A stretch of 64,000 bases of DNA from Lama glama (lineage: Eukaryota), in NCBI GenBank assembly GCA_028534125.1, contig CM052818.1, positions 622,001 through 686,000 of the forward strand. Direction: 5' to 3'. The notes below the pieces were generated by a model. The model saw only the letters and a program-made list of their open reading frames with translations, was not told the origin of the DNA and did no database searches. The translations under genes and the position numbers were made by a program. This document shows, piece after piece, positions 26,200 to 38,081 of the stretch; the stretch's first letter is position 1; each line of letters starts with the position of its first letter.

Positions 26200-26840
26200 A
26201 CGCCAACGGAAAAGTTGTCGGAAGCTGCTGGGCTCCCCCGGCGAGGGGCGGGGCTGCGCAGGGCCCGGGGGAGGGGCGCCGGGAGCCCCGCGGGGGGGAG
26301 GGTGGGGGATGGGGCGCGGGGGGAGGGTGGGAGTTGGGAGAGCGGGGGTGGGGTGAGGGTGGGGTGAGGGTGGGGTTCCCGCGCCTTCTGGCGGCTCGGG
26401 AGCGCTGCGCCGCGGCCCGCAGCCCAGGGTCCCCGGGGCGCCCGGCGTGTCCCACGCGCGAGGAAGGAAGCGCAGGGCAGGTACGCGGGCCCCCTCCGCT
26501 CCTGGGGCTCCCGGCGGCTCCCGGGAGAAGGTCGCAGCTGGTGGAGGCCCGGCTCCTTTGTCCTGGATCCCGCAGGCCGGATGCGGCCCGAGCCAGGCGT
26601 ACTCTCCGCCCAGGTTAGGTCGGGGCTGCGCCCGGCTCGGAGCGCGTCGCGCACTCCTCCGCTTTACCCCGTGCGCCCGGGCCGTCGGGACCGCTCCCAC
26701 TAAACGGTGGCGGCGGCGGTGGACGGGCACAGTGACGCATGCGCAGCAGCTCCCTAGAGGGAAAGGGGGCGGGGCGGGGCTGGGCTTCCCCGGTGGAGGG
26801 GTGGGTCCCGGCTCCTGGGGCTTTAAGGAGTCCCGGGCGG
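26200..26840. promoter_or_regulatory. CpG island / promoter-like element with no assigned gene
   Basis: Very GC- and CpG-rich block inside AT-rich flanks. GC boxes at ~26245 and 26766-26780, NRF1-like ACGCATGCGCA at 26735-26745, and overlapping CRE/ATF-like GTGACGCA at 26732-26739. Confidence 0.75.
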
Positions 26841-28394
26841 TTCAAGCCCAGTCCAACTTGACTACCTGGGGTCTGAGCATTCACTCTCCCTACTCCTCCC
26901 TAGCTGGCCTCTTAGGCCTGGGAGGGACGCAGGTGTCGGTATCTTTTAAACACCCGAGGTAGCTCTACTTTGCAGTGGAATTGGGAATCACTCTATCTTA
27001 TTTCTCAGTGTCGGCTTCCTCTTAGACTTGCCAGTACCCTTCATGACTGCTCCCGGGCCATGTTTTTCAACTTCTGCTTCTCCTTGACTGATTTTCTCTG
27101 TATTTCCCGGCTTGAACCAGAGCTTTCGACCAGTCGTCAGCTGTCCTTGGGTCATACACTCACCCTTTCCAGTTTGGATTCCCAGGAAAGGGAATGGAAT
27201 CTCTCGATCCCTTGCCACTGCCAGTGTCTGGGTGGGGCTCTGTGGCTCCAGTCCCCGCTCCCCCCAACCCCCTCAGGTTGCAGGCCCGCCAGTCCCGTGC
27301 CTGTCAGTTGGGTGGTCTAATCAGGAGTGAGAGGGGCACCACAGGAACCCATGGAACAAAATAGCTCGAGGGAAGGCTGTGGACCGAGCAGTGTCCCTTA
27401 AGTTGACTTGCCCAGTCAGCAAGCACTTACCCTAGGACGCTTTGGATTTTCCACTGGAAAACTGTACACTGTTTTTAAAAGAACACTTAACTCAGAAAAC
27501 TTATCACCTTAATTCAGCAGTTTCCGTAAGTAGCATTTAATCTAAAAGCTAGGAATTGGCTGTATCAGATGCAGCGTTATATATACTTTGGCCCCTAACA
27601 TTAAACAATTTCTTCTTCAGTCAGCTAACAAGAAACCTTGTGATTCCTCTCCCAGCGTTCCTTTAGTTTGGTCGTCAAGAACAACTGTGTGTGTGTATGT
27701 CGTGGTAGGGGGCTACTTTTTAAAGTTCTTGCCAGATCTGGAGGCAGACATGTGGAAGCGGTCAGACTGACACATTTCACTGGGTCTGAAGAGTCCCCTG
27801 GGGTGGGGGTTGGGGGGTGAAGCAGAGGGAAGAGTCCCAATTTCTCTAGGGTCCCCCCACTCCTAGGAGGCCTGCTAGGTCCACTCACCTTCTCCTCCAG
27901 CTGAGAATACCTGTTGCTTCCGCCCTAGTCTCTTCTTTGGAGAATTAAAAGACCCCTACTTTTTTTGGCAATTGCTCCTCCTTCTGCTCCAAACCAGAGT
28001 CCAGAGAGATGCTGCAGTGTACGCTGACCCCTGGACTCCAGCTGATTAGTCCAGGGTGTCTCCTCATTCACGATGGGCCAATCAGAGCCTTCCCCGGCAT
28101 CCTTCGAAGCGGAAGTTGGAAAGAAAGTCTGCCCTTCTCATGGCCGAACATTAAGATATAAAAATTAAGAGCTACTGGCAATACAGTGAGTCATATACGG
28201 GCAGTAGTATATGGTGAATGAACATTTACGGGGAGACAATGATGCTGATCTGGAGAGACGCAGACAGGAGATGCAGGGGGACCCGGTGGCACTGGTGTTC
28301 CGACATTCAGCGGTATTCCTCTCCTTTCTGCAGTTTGGCTCTTTAACCCTTCCTTCAATATGTGTAATGCCCCAGTGTCCTCCTAGTAATGCAC

Positions 28395-28900
28395 AAATGT
28401 ATCAGCCATCTATCACCGCATAAAAATTCACCCCCAGATTTCATGGTTTAGAACAGCAGACATTACCTCACAGTTCCTATTGGTCAGAAATCGAGGAGGA
28501 GCCTAGCTGAATGGTTCTGGCTCTTTGTAGCCAAGATGTCAGCCGGGGGCTAGTTTTCTGAAGGCTTGGCTGTGACGGACTTGGAAAGATCCACTTCCAA
28601 GACAAGTGGCTCTCGTCTCGGCAGAAGGGTCACTTGTCTCCTGGCTGCTTGGCAGCCTACTTCATTGGCTGTTAAGATGCCTTAGTTCCATTCCGCAGGC
28701 TGCTTGAGTGTCCTCGCAACACAGCAGCTACCTTCCCACGGAGAAAGCAATCCAAGAGAGCAAGGAGGAAGCCACAGTGCCTTTTGTGACCTCATTTCTG
28801 AAGCTGCACACTGTTCCTTCCGCTTTATTCTGCTGTTTAGAAGCACATCACTATGTCCAGCCCATGGTCAAGGGAGAATTAGTTCCACCCAAGTAACCAA
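28395..28900. mobile_element. MaLR (MLT1-like) LTR remnant
   Basis: tgtatcagccatctatcaccgcataaaaattcacccccagatttcatggtttagaacagcagacattacctcacagttcc...ggaaagatccacttccaag resembles MLT1 consensus. The family call is approximate. Confidence 0.6.
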
Positions 28901-30449
28901 CATGTATCTCATTCTGTGGTCGCTCTGCTCTCGCTGACCACGGCCTCCTTCTCGCCTCTGGGACTCCAGTCTTAGGCATTTCCTCACGACACCACCTAAA
29001 AGCTGCCCTCTGGGGTATCTTGCTCTTTCAGGGGTGCCTTGGGCCTCAGCAGTTGTTTTATCCTGTCTTCTCTGCTCTGACACAACTGAGTGAATCGACT
29101 GCTCGTAAAAGGCATTTCTGCCTTGGCAGGACACCAGTCTCTCCCCTACACTGTGGAGTTAGAGAATAATTTTAAACCAAAAATGGGGGCATGGTATGTG
29201 AACACAGTATTTAAAATCTGTGCTGTTCAAAAACTCTGGGGCCCAAGGCTGTTTTACCTATGTAGACTTATTTCTTAGGGAGATAAGAGGGACCTTAAGA
29301 ACCAGTACTGAGCAGTGTTTTTTTTCTGGTGATCAGTTCCATGAAAGACAAAGGAGTCTGAGGAAGGAGTGGAGGGTCAACCTGCCACCACTGTGGTGAC
29401 TGGGGTCACACGGAGGACTGAGGGCAGCCGTGGATGTGTTCATCTCTCAGAAAACTTTCCAGTAGAGATGGAAGAAGGAGGGCAGAAGCCACACTGGGAG
29501 GGGCGGGTGAACCCATCAGGGCTCTTGGTTGTAAGCAACAGACATTGACCAGGCCGACGTGAGCAGAAAAGAATTGAGTCAAAGGATATTGGGATGGTTA
29601 TAGAATTTCTGGGAACACTAACAAAGCAGCTTCTGAAAATGGGCTGGAACAGGAAGACACTGTGGCCAGAGCCCAAATCATGCTGCTGACACTGTGACCA
29701 CCGTCAAGGACTCCAGGGACAGCAGCCTGTCACACCAACACCACCCACGGCACTGGACGTTGCTGCCACAGCTGCCAAAATGGACACGCCGCTGCCCCTG
29801 CTTCTCAGCATCACTTGCTCCCAGTGCCAGGTTCAAGGCAGATCCATCTGATTGGCTGAGTCTAGATCATGTGCTGGTGCCTTGTTTGCCAAGGAGCTAG
29901 GGAAGTCTTTCCAGCTTCTGTCACGGGAGGTGGGCTCAACCTCCCACCAAGATGCAAAGGAAGATCTTCAAACCTGAAGAAGAATCCAGGCAGCCCAGAT
30001 GCCTGAGTCCACTCCAGCAAGTATGAAGCTGAGGGTCCAAGATCATTCTTGTAAGCAGTTTGGAGGGGAAGGGAGAGAGAGTGGTAAATGAAGGAAACAG
30101 CAGAACCAAGGGATCTTTTCTTTTCGGTAAGATTAAGGGGAATGAGCAGTTTCATAGACGAGAAGAAACCAGAAAGTTTCTGGACGAGATAAGGAAGGTG
30201 GCACTCTACTCTGCCTCTAGCAGCAGGACAGAACTGTTCAAAGACGAGACCACTTTGAGCAAAAGGACGTGCTTCTGAAATAAAGGAACTAGAAGATATT
30301 ATTAACGACTCTTCAAAAACTTCATACAGTTCTTTCTCGGTTTGCTTCTATGAATTACCTTATTCCCGTATTGAGAATGCTGCCTAGCACAGAGCACGAC
30401 TCAATAAATATTTTTTTGTAATGAAAAAAAATTTCAGTTGTCTGTTGCC

Positions 30450-30455
30450 TTTAAT
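30450..30455 (-). terminator. Probable BOLA3 polyadenylation signal (ATTAAA)
   Basis: tttaat on + reads ATTAAA on -, ~150 nt past the BOLA3 stop, followed by a U-rich tract on -. Confidence 0.6.
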
Positions 30456-30607
30456 TAACATCTAAATAGATAACATATTCTATAATTATATTATGGAAAT
30501 GTCTATCAGCAAAATAGATAAACTTTTCGTTGGATGCCTATGAAAGAATGGTTATCAGTCAGATTCATCCAAGATTTAGCAGCAGCATCTGCGCAGCCAG
30601 GGTGTGG

Positions 30608-30673
30608 TCAGTGTTTGGGGACGGAGGTAAATATCCGCAATCCATGCATGCCTTTGATTTCTTCTTTTAGTGC
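30608..30673 (-). CDS. BOLA3: BOLA3 exon 4 (terminal)
   Basis: On -: acceptor ttccttag|GCA, then ALKEEIKGMHGLRIFTSVPKH and TGA. 66 nt, containing the conserved BolA His. Not present in the ORF track. Confidence 0.95.
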   Translation of the reverse strand, partial: ALKEEIKGMHGLRIFTSVPKH

Positions 30674-30862
30674 CTAAGGAAGCAGAAGAGCATCGTCACT
30701 GGTCTGTACCTGACGAGGATTATGTAAGCCTCTGTGAGGGTATCTTTATATAGCTCTAGATAAAAGGATACTTAGCACACACTTTCTTTAAGCAATTTTT
30801 CCAGAAAACATCTTTTTTTTTGAATCAGTATTTAACCTGGCTCAAAAATCAAAAGGCATACA

Positions 30863-30911
30863 ATTTGACACAACATGTAAAATGACTGTAACTCAATAAA
30901 AAAGTTAAAAA
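30863..30911 (+). mobile_element. Very short L1 3' tip with a long TSD
   Basis: atttgacacaacatgtaaaatgactgtaactcaataaaaaag.. flanked by aaaaatcaaaaggcataca at 30844-30862 and 30912-30930. Confidence 0.8.
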
Positions 30912-31039
30912 AAAAATCAAAAGGCATACAGTGACATCTCCCTCCCACAACTGTCCCCAGTTCCTACCTCTATCCCAAACAGAGAACTGTTGGTACTTTC
31001 TTATATATCTTTGCAAGGATTTAAAAACGCATATTTGCA

Positions 31040-31178
31040 GGGGAGGGTATAGCCCAGCACATGCTTAGCATGCGTGTCTTGGGTTCAATCCCCAGCACCT
31101 CCATTAAATAAGTAAACGTAATTACCCCTCACCGCACACAAAATTTAAATTAAAAAAAACTTAAAATTAAAAAAAAAA
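31040..31178 (+). mobile_element. tRNA-derived SINE (Vic-1-like, internally deleted)
   Basis: GGGGAGGGTATAGCCCAG..CATGCTTAGCATG..GGGTTCAATCCCCAGCACC with an A-tail. Confidence 0.8.
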
Positions 31179-31896
31179 CATTTTTAAGCTAATATGAATA
31201 TATATTCCACTCCACCACCTTTTAAAAACACAAATGATAGTATTTCAGACACACTGTCTACACTCTGCGTTTCCCCCTAACACTGGAGATCTTTCCATAT
31301 CAGGCATAAGTCACCCTCCTTTTTTTTGTATCGGCACAGTGTTCCATTATATGGATCATAAATTTTCAGCCTGTCTTAATGATGAGCTTTTAGGTTGCTT
31401 GTGTTTTGTTATTTCGAGCAATGAACAGCTGTTCTTTAAAATTACACTAATTAGCATAAATTCCCCAATATTATTCTAGGTCAGAAAATAAAGTAGTAAA
31501 TTATGAGTTTTGTTTAAGGCTACAAATGGAGTCAGGGCCCAAGTGTAGATGAGCCACCACAATCAAACAGATAATTAGCCAGGAGAGAAGCTACAGGACC
31601 TGAATGAGGCACGGACCACTGGTGTTTATAATCAGTGCAGAGGTGGAGTCAAAGACATCACAGAGGCGTGGACATTTTTCCCCCAGTCTGTCCAGCAATC
31701 CCCCTTTTCCTGGGGAACAGTTCCCTTCCACTTTCATTGTGTACTTCTGGTGGGACTATCCAACTGGCCTGGCACTGAGGTAGCTATGTGCCCCTGGCCC
31801 AGCCTGACTGGTCCAGGAGTGACACAGGACCCAAACTGGGCCAATCAGAATATCCCCTGGGATTTTTCAGTGTAAAGCCTTCTCTCTTGGTCACTA

Positions 31897-31940
31897 CAGA
31901 CATCCTTCCTTGTACTGCACTTTGCTGTACTGCATTTTGC

Positions 31941-31975
<35 letters not shown>

Positions 31976-32208
31976 AATAAAGTGAAGGTTTGTGGCTTCC
32001 CTGTGTTATCAGATAATGGTTAGCAAAGTATTTTTTAGTTGAGATAGGTAGAATTTTTTTTTAGACATAATGCTATTGCACACTTTGTAGATACATTATA
32101 GTGTAAGCATAACTTTTTTTTATCACTGGGAAACCAAAAAAAGTCACGTGACTCAATTTACTGCAGTGGCCTGGAACCAAGCCCACAATGTCCCCTCAGT
32201 GTTGCCTG
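31897..32208. mobile_element. Internally deleted Tigger1-type DNA transposon containing a (TG)15 microsatellite, apparently nested in a MaLR LTR
   Basis: ta|cagacatcctt...gaaggtttgtggc...tagacataatgctattgcacac...cactgggaaaccaaaaa...tggaaccaagcccacaat...tgcctg resembles Tigger1 ends. (GT)n at 31943-31972. Confidence 0.7.
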
Positions 32209-33237
32209 TGTACTGGAATAATGTCACCTGCAGGCAGCCTGGGGCTGTGTTCCCCACCAAGAAGAGAAAGCCCATCTCCAACAGGAGAAAACGAGGCCCC
32301 CACACAGAAACTGAAGGCCCAGAAAGAGAGAGTATGACAAAGCGCGCTGATGAACTTAAGACCCTGTACTGCCTGGGCCAATTAGTTGCCTTTGTTTGCT
32401 CACGCTAGTTTTAACTTTGTCTCTGTTGCTTATAACAAAGAGAATACTAACACACGTGGTCAGGTTTATTGGGTCAGAAGGATCCTTAGGGATAATCTTA
32501 GAAAAAAAAAAAGAAAAAGAAAAGAAATAGAGTTTATTCCTTGTCCAGAGTCAGCAAGCAAGCGATCACAGACAGAACCTGACCCCAAGTATCCTGACCA
32601 CCCCCGGTTTCCCCTGGGCCCCTATCCAGCCCTGACCCCAGGAGCTGTGGCTGTGTTAGGGGCCGATCAGCTGCCCCACCATCTCCATGTTCACAAACCA
32701 GCCCCCTGCACTCTGCAGATAAGCAGAAATGCCCCTGGAACAAGCCCCACGTCACTGCAGGGGGTGGGGCACACAGCCCCCTGGGCCACATGCTCTCTGC
32801 TCTCTGCAGGCACAGAATGCTCCCTAGAGGCTGTCCCTGTGCCTGGGCCACAATTCTTACAGCAACCCTGGCAAGATGACAGCCCAGTCGCACCTTCACA
32901 TGTAAGACCTTGGACAGAGAAACCACCTGGGCCATGCACATCCCCGCCCACTGTCTTCTCCCAGGATCCCTGCAGCCCTCGAAGGGCTCCCGAGCATAGC
33001 CTACAGTATCTTACAGCTACAGAGGGTCTCGGAGAACACTTGGGTCTCTTTAAATAGGCGAAGAAACTGAGGCCCTGGTGGGAAGTGACTTGGTCACAGT
33101 CCCACAGGTCATAAGATGTAGCTTGGGTAAACACTTTTCAGCACCTGCTAAGCCCACAGCATTATGCTGGGTGCTGGGGACATAGATGAAAAAGGCACGG
33201 GAAAATGATGAAAAGGTAAGGGAAGTAACACACCTGC

Positions 33238-33500
33238 CAGGGGAAAGGGGGTGGGAAGGGATAGATTTGGGAGTTTGAGATTTGCAAATGATAACCACTC
33301 TGTATAAAAATAAATAAAAAACAAATTTCTTCTCTATAGCACTGGGAACTATATTCAATATATTGTAACAACATTTAATGAAAAAGAATATGAAAACAAA
33401 TATATGTATGTATATGCATGACTGGGACATTATGGTGTACACTAGAGACTGACACATTGTAACTGACTATACTTCAATTTGAAACAAAAAGAGAGAAAGA
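33238..33500 (+). mobile_element. Young L1 3' end
   Basis: ccaggggaaagggggtgggaagggatagatttgggagtttgagatttgc...gaaaaagaatatgaaaac...gacacattgtaactgactatacttcaa. Confidence 0.85.
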
Positions 33501-35429
33501 AAGAAATGGACTCAGCACAGTGATGGGGGCTGCCGAACCACAAGCCAGCTCGGCACTGCTGTGGGTTTCACAGGACGGAGCATTTGCTACTGCACTGGTC
33601 ATTTGTGGAGGAGGCAGCCTAGGAGCTAGATGGATGGGAGCAGACCAGGGGGAGAGGGATAGGGCACTGGGCCCCGGAAAGCAAGGCGAGGAAAGGCTGG
33701 GAACCTGCCACAATTCACCAGGAAAAGCCTGGTTTCAAGTCAGGCGCGTGGAGGGAAGACTGAGGCCGACCACACAGAGGATCAGAAATTGCAGCGGAGG
33801 GGGGTGGGACTGGGCTCGGTGGGCAACCAGGGTGCACTGAAAGGCTCTGAGTAGGGGGACAAAGGCAGAGGTAACACTAGGGGAGCGTGATGGGCAACAG
33901 ACAGGAAAGAGGCGAGAGAAACGGAGAGGGCAACTGCTATTTACCAAACGCCTTCCCCGTGCCAGCATGAAGCCAGAACATGCTCAGTATCTCACGTGGT
34001 ATCTACCAACAAGGAAACTGAGGCTCAGATCACAGTGTGACGTGCAGAGCAGGATGGAACTAACTCCGCCCAACACAAAAGGGGACTCCGTGCTTGCTCT
34101 CTTCCCAGTGGCTGCTCCCCAGGGTAGGGACAGGATGGATGGGGAAGGAACACTGGTCTTCCTGCCATCCCTGGGGCCTGGCCTAGAGCAAATGCCAGCG
34201 ACGATCTGAGAAGAGAAGGCTGATGAACCGTGGGTGCTGGGAGAGGCTGGGCCACAGCTGGCAGGGGCCCAGGGGAAGGGCGAGTTCACTCCTGAGGGTG
34301 CAGCAGGTGTGAGTCGTGACACGGAACCAGGCAGGGACTGTCTGATGAGAAGGTGGGGGGACAGGAGGGTGGATCCCAGCATCAAATAGGCCAAGTGTCC
34401 TTTTCCAGGACTTTCTGGCCTGAGAGTCTTGATTCTGCTAGGTGACCAGGCAAGATGAATGAGGAAAGCTTCACTCTGGCCTTCAGCAGGCCCCCACCTG
34501 AGCCTGGGCACTGCCCCAGCTCTCACCCACCCGCAAAGAAACTACTTACTGGGCAACCACGAGCTGGGAACAGAACCCGGGAACACAGTCTGCTCACCTC
34601 TCTGCCTTCTCCGCTCCACTCCGAGATTGGCCTCCTCCTGTCGGAACCTTGACCCCCACCACCCGTAACTCCAGGTCCAGTTCAGACCCCTACAGGCCAA
34701 CAGACTTCCTCTTAGAGACATCTCACTTTGTCTTTCCCTCATGACTCGCCAACATCCACAAACATAATCATCTGAACATGCCCACGACCACGTCAGTGTG
34801 TGAGAAGCGTGCATTAGAGCCCTCCCTAACTCTTTGCCGTGGCCACTAATGGCCTCTGCTCAAACTGAAGTTCAGGCTCCGAGAACGCCCTTCCTCCCCT
34901 GCCTACCCAGCACCGGCGGCTGCGGGCCTGCAACACCCACTCCCCGACAGGCAGTGCTTGGTAACCCAGGCGGTAGCGGCTCCGGGTTACAAGCACGCCG
35001 ATGCCTGGAGGTGCGCTCTCTGTAATGAACACCTTGTAGGCATTAAACATTTGCTTTCTCTGTAAACCAATAACAAAATCCAGACCAGCTCTCCTTACTG
35101 TCACAATCACTTGTGACAAAGTGATTGAGCTCTTTCAATGCACCAGGTCCTCTGTCACGTGCTGGGGACAGACACAGCAGTGAAGAAAACAGACCCAGGC
35201 CTGGCCTGCAGAGTCGGCTTCCTGGGGCAACGACAGACAAGTGAGCTAGGTTCTCCAGCTGGGATGGGGCCGGAGAGGGTACGTGTTCTGTAAGGGCCCA
35301 AAAGAAACCTTGAACCCAAGATGATGCAGGTGACATTCCCCCACATGGAGGAAACTGCTGCCCTGCCCCCTGGATGTGGTGCGGGCTCCTCGCAGTGTTT
35401 AGAGGGAACAATGATGGTGGTGATGGCAC

Positions 35430-35650
35430 CGACATTCACTGAGCGCTTACTATGTGTCAGACACTGTTCTTACTGCTCTGTCTTCATCACTAACCCTCAG
35501 AAGGGCCCTTTGAGGCAAATCCTGTTACGCTCCCTGTTATAGACTAGGGAACTGAGACACAGGAAGATGAAGTAATTTGCTCAAGGTCAGAGCTCAGATC
35601 TGAAATGCTGGCGGTCTGACTCCAAAGCCTGTATCCTTAACCACCTATAA
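35430..35650. mobile_element. MIR SINE
   Basis: cattcactgagcgcttactatgtgtcag...ggggaactgagacacagg...aagtaatttgctcaaggtca...tctgactccaaagcc matches the MIR core. Confidence 0.7.
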
Positions 35651-36764
35651 CCATGGCGTCAGGCCAGGGGATGCACTGAAATTAAAGCGCCCCTAGGAGC
35701 CCAGGTGCACCAGGCAGCCTGAGTGGTTTTGGTAGCAAAACTCAAAGTCCCATGAGTTGGGGACGATCTGGGCCAGTCAGGTCTTCCCTGCCTTGTCTTC
35801 TACCTTGGCTCCAATCTCTGGGATCATAAGGGGCTAGAAGTGCTTCTGGGGGCCTGCAGTGGTTGCTGTCCCACCCCAGATCGCCCAGTTGGACCACCAG
35901 CAGGCCTCAGGGCCGTAGGTGCCCATATCCAACTGCAGGCTAGACTCCATGAGGAATCCACAGACGGACCCAACAAGGAACCAGACCACAAAGGGCTGGG
36001 AGGGCCAAGGGACAGGTGTCCTACGCATCCTGGACACAAGGCAGAAAACGCTGGCGCCAGAGGGTGGGGACACTCATTCAGAGGGAGGCAGCATTTGAGC
36101 TGGAGGAGTGAGGGGCAGGGGGCAGCCGAGGCAGGAAGCTTGACATGGGCAAAGGTCCAGATGCAGAGAGACCAACGGGCAGGGGCCACAGGGAGGGTCT
36201 GTGCAGAGAAGGGTGGGAAGGGCCTGGAAGAGCAGGCTGGACACCTGAACTCAATGTACAAGGGGCCGCAGGGACTCTCATGACCAGAGCTTTGCTTTAC
36301 ACAAGTTAAACTAGTTTACGAAGTGCAAGACTTTCCAGAATGACGTCAAACACACCAGCTGGAGGGAGCGAATTTACAGACACAGGAGCAAGGGTGAAGG
36401 CTGGTATAAACTCCAAGGGAAACAAGCAGAGACAATGAATCTATTGGGCCTACTCTGCCATGCCTCAGTTCACCCACCTATCAAGCAGCCCTAAACAGGC
36501 CAAAAAACTCCTTCAGATCTACAAAAACATACACCTGTTAGTACTCCTGTGTTTATAAATACTAGTCAATATACAACAACAACAGTAAATACTGGTAGCA
36601 TTATACAATATATATAGGCAAATATATATTGGAAATGCAATGTAACTATTGGATAGTTTATTTTCAATTTTGAATAAAATTCACATTTGCCCCAACCCAA
36701 TCCCAGGCAGTTCCAGATTTTATTTTCCTCAGGTCCTGAGTCCTGTTCACATGATTGTGGTGTA

Positions 36765-37460
36765 TGTTTTTTTTACTGATGTACAGTTGATTTATAATGT
36801 TGTGTTAGTCTCATGTGTACAGCAAAGTGACTTGGTTTTATACATATATATGTCTGTAAGTCTATTTCTGTTTTATAAATAAGCTCACGTGTATCTTTTT
36901 TTGGATTCCACATACAAGTAATATCATATATTTGTCTTTCTCTGTCTGACTTACTTCACTTAATATAATACTCTCTAGGTCCAGCCATGTTGATGCAAAT
37001 TATTTCATTCTTTTTTTTGGCTGAGGAATATTCCATTGTGCATGTACACCACATCCTCTCTATCCAGTCATCTGTTGCTGGTCATTTAGGCTGTTCCCAT
37101 GTCTTGGGTATTGTATACAGCGCTATGAACACTGGGGTGCAAGTGTCTTTTCGAATTAAGAGTTTTCTCCAGATATATGCCCAGGAGTGGGATTGCTGGA
37201 TCATATGGTAACTGTATTTTTAGTTTTTAAAGGACTCTCCATACTGTTTTCCACAATGGCTGCACCAATTTACATTCCCACCAATAGGGTAGGAGGGTTC
37301 CCTTTTCTCCACAGCCTCTCCAGCATTTAATATGTGTGGACTTTTGAATAGTGGCCATTCTGACCAGTGCGAGGTGACACCACACTGTAGATTTGATGTG
37401 CATTTCTCTGATACTTAGCGATACTGAACATCTCTCATGTGACTGGTACTGCATTATTCT
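36765..37460 (-). mobile_element. L1 3' portion in BOLA3 intron 3
   Basis: Antisense L1 ORF2 C-terminus (the track ORF 37227-37454 reads [31 protein letters not shown]) plus 3' UTR. Confidence 0.85.
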
Positions 37461-37552
37461 TTCCTAGGACTGTAGGTAAAACACCACCCCCGCTCACAGG
37501 CCCTTTCAGACGCAGAGACCAGTGGCAAAGAATCACAGGTGCCTCTACTGAC

Positions 37553-37641
37553 CTGATTTACCATCTGGTGCTGCTGGACAGTTCTCTTCTCCTTAAATTC
37601 TTCTGATTCTATATGAATCTCATACATTGCCCCACAGCCTC
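37553..37641 (-). CDS. BOLA3: BOLA3 exon 3
   Basis: On -: acceptor tttcag|GA and donor CAG|gtcag. 89 nt encoding (G)GCGAMYEIHIESEEFKEKRTVQQHQMVNQ, including the conserved Cys. Confidence 0.96.
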
Positions 37642-37937
37642 CTGAAATAAATGCAATTTGAAAGTGTTTCAATTATTTACAGCAGCCACAGTTCCTTATG
37701 TCCTTGAAGTAAGTACCACATAATCCAAACAAGGTCTGAATGTTACTATTCAGCAGAAAGTTGCTAAGACTGTTAGAAACAGATCACGTCCTCCTCCTGG
37801 TAGGAGGATCCAAAACGAGCTCCTCCTTTTGCAAGGCACTTGCACTACCCAGGATCATTGCTTCTGGGGTAGAAATGATGAGGCACACAGCATGCAAAAC
37901 CTAGGAAATGGAGGTTTTCCTAGTATTCCCTTTTAGT

Positions 37938-38081
37938 GGGGAGGGTACAGCTCAGTGGCAGAGCACATGCTTAGCATGCACGAGGTCCTGGGTTCAATCC
38001 CCAGTCCCTCCATTAAAATAAATAAATAAACCTAAGTACCTCCCCCTAACCCCCAAACAAAACAAAACAAACAAACAAAAA
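37938..38081 (+). mobile_element. tRNA-derived SINE (Vic-1-like)
   Basis: GGGGAGGGTACAGCTCAGTGGCAGAGCACATGCTTAGCATGCACGAGGTCCTGGGTTCAATCCCCAG with a (CAAAA)n tail and a degenerate TSD tagtattycctt. Confidence 0.9.

Noticed and set aside
26068..26962. ORFs of 90-220 aa over the CpG island
   Set aside because: Pro/Arg/Gly-rich products expected from stop-poor GC-rich DNA, mostly with non-ATG starts and no homology I can recognise.
32386..33057. 223-aa ORF in BOLA3 intron 3
   Set aside because: TTG start in LTR-like sequence, runs through an A-tract, and has no recognisable protein features.
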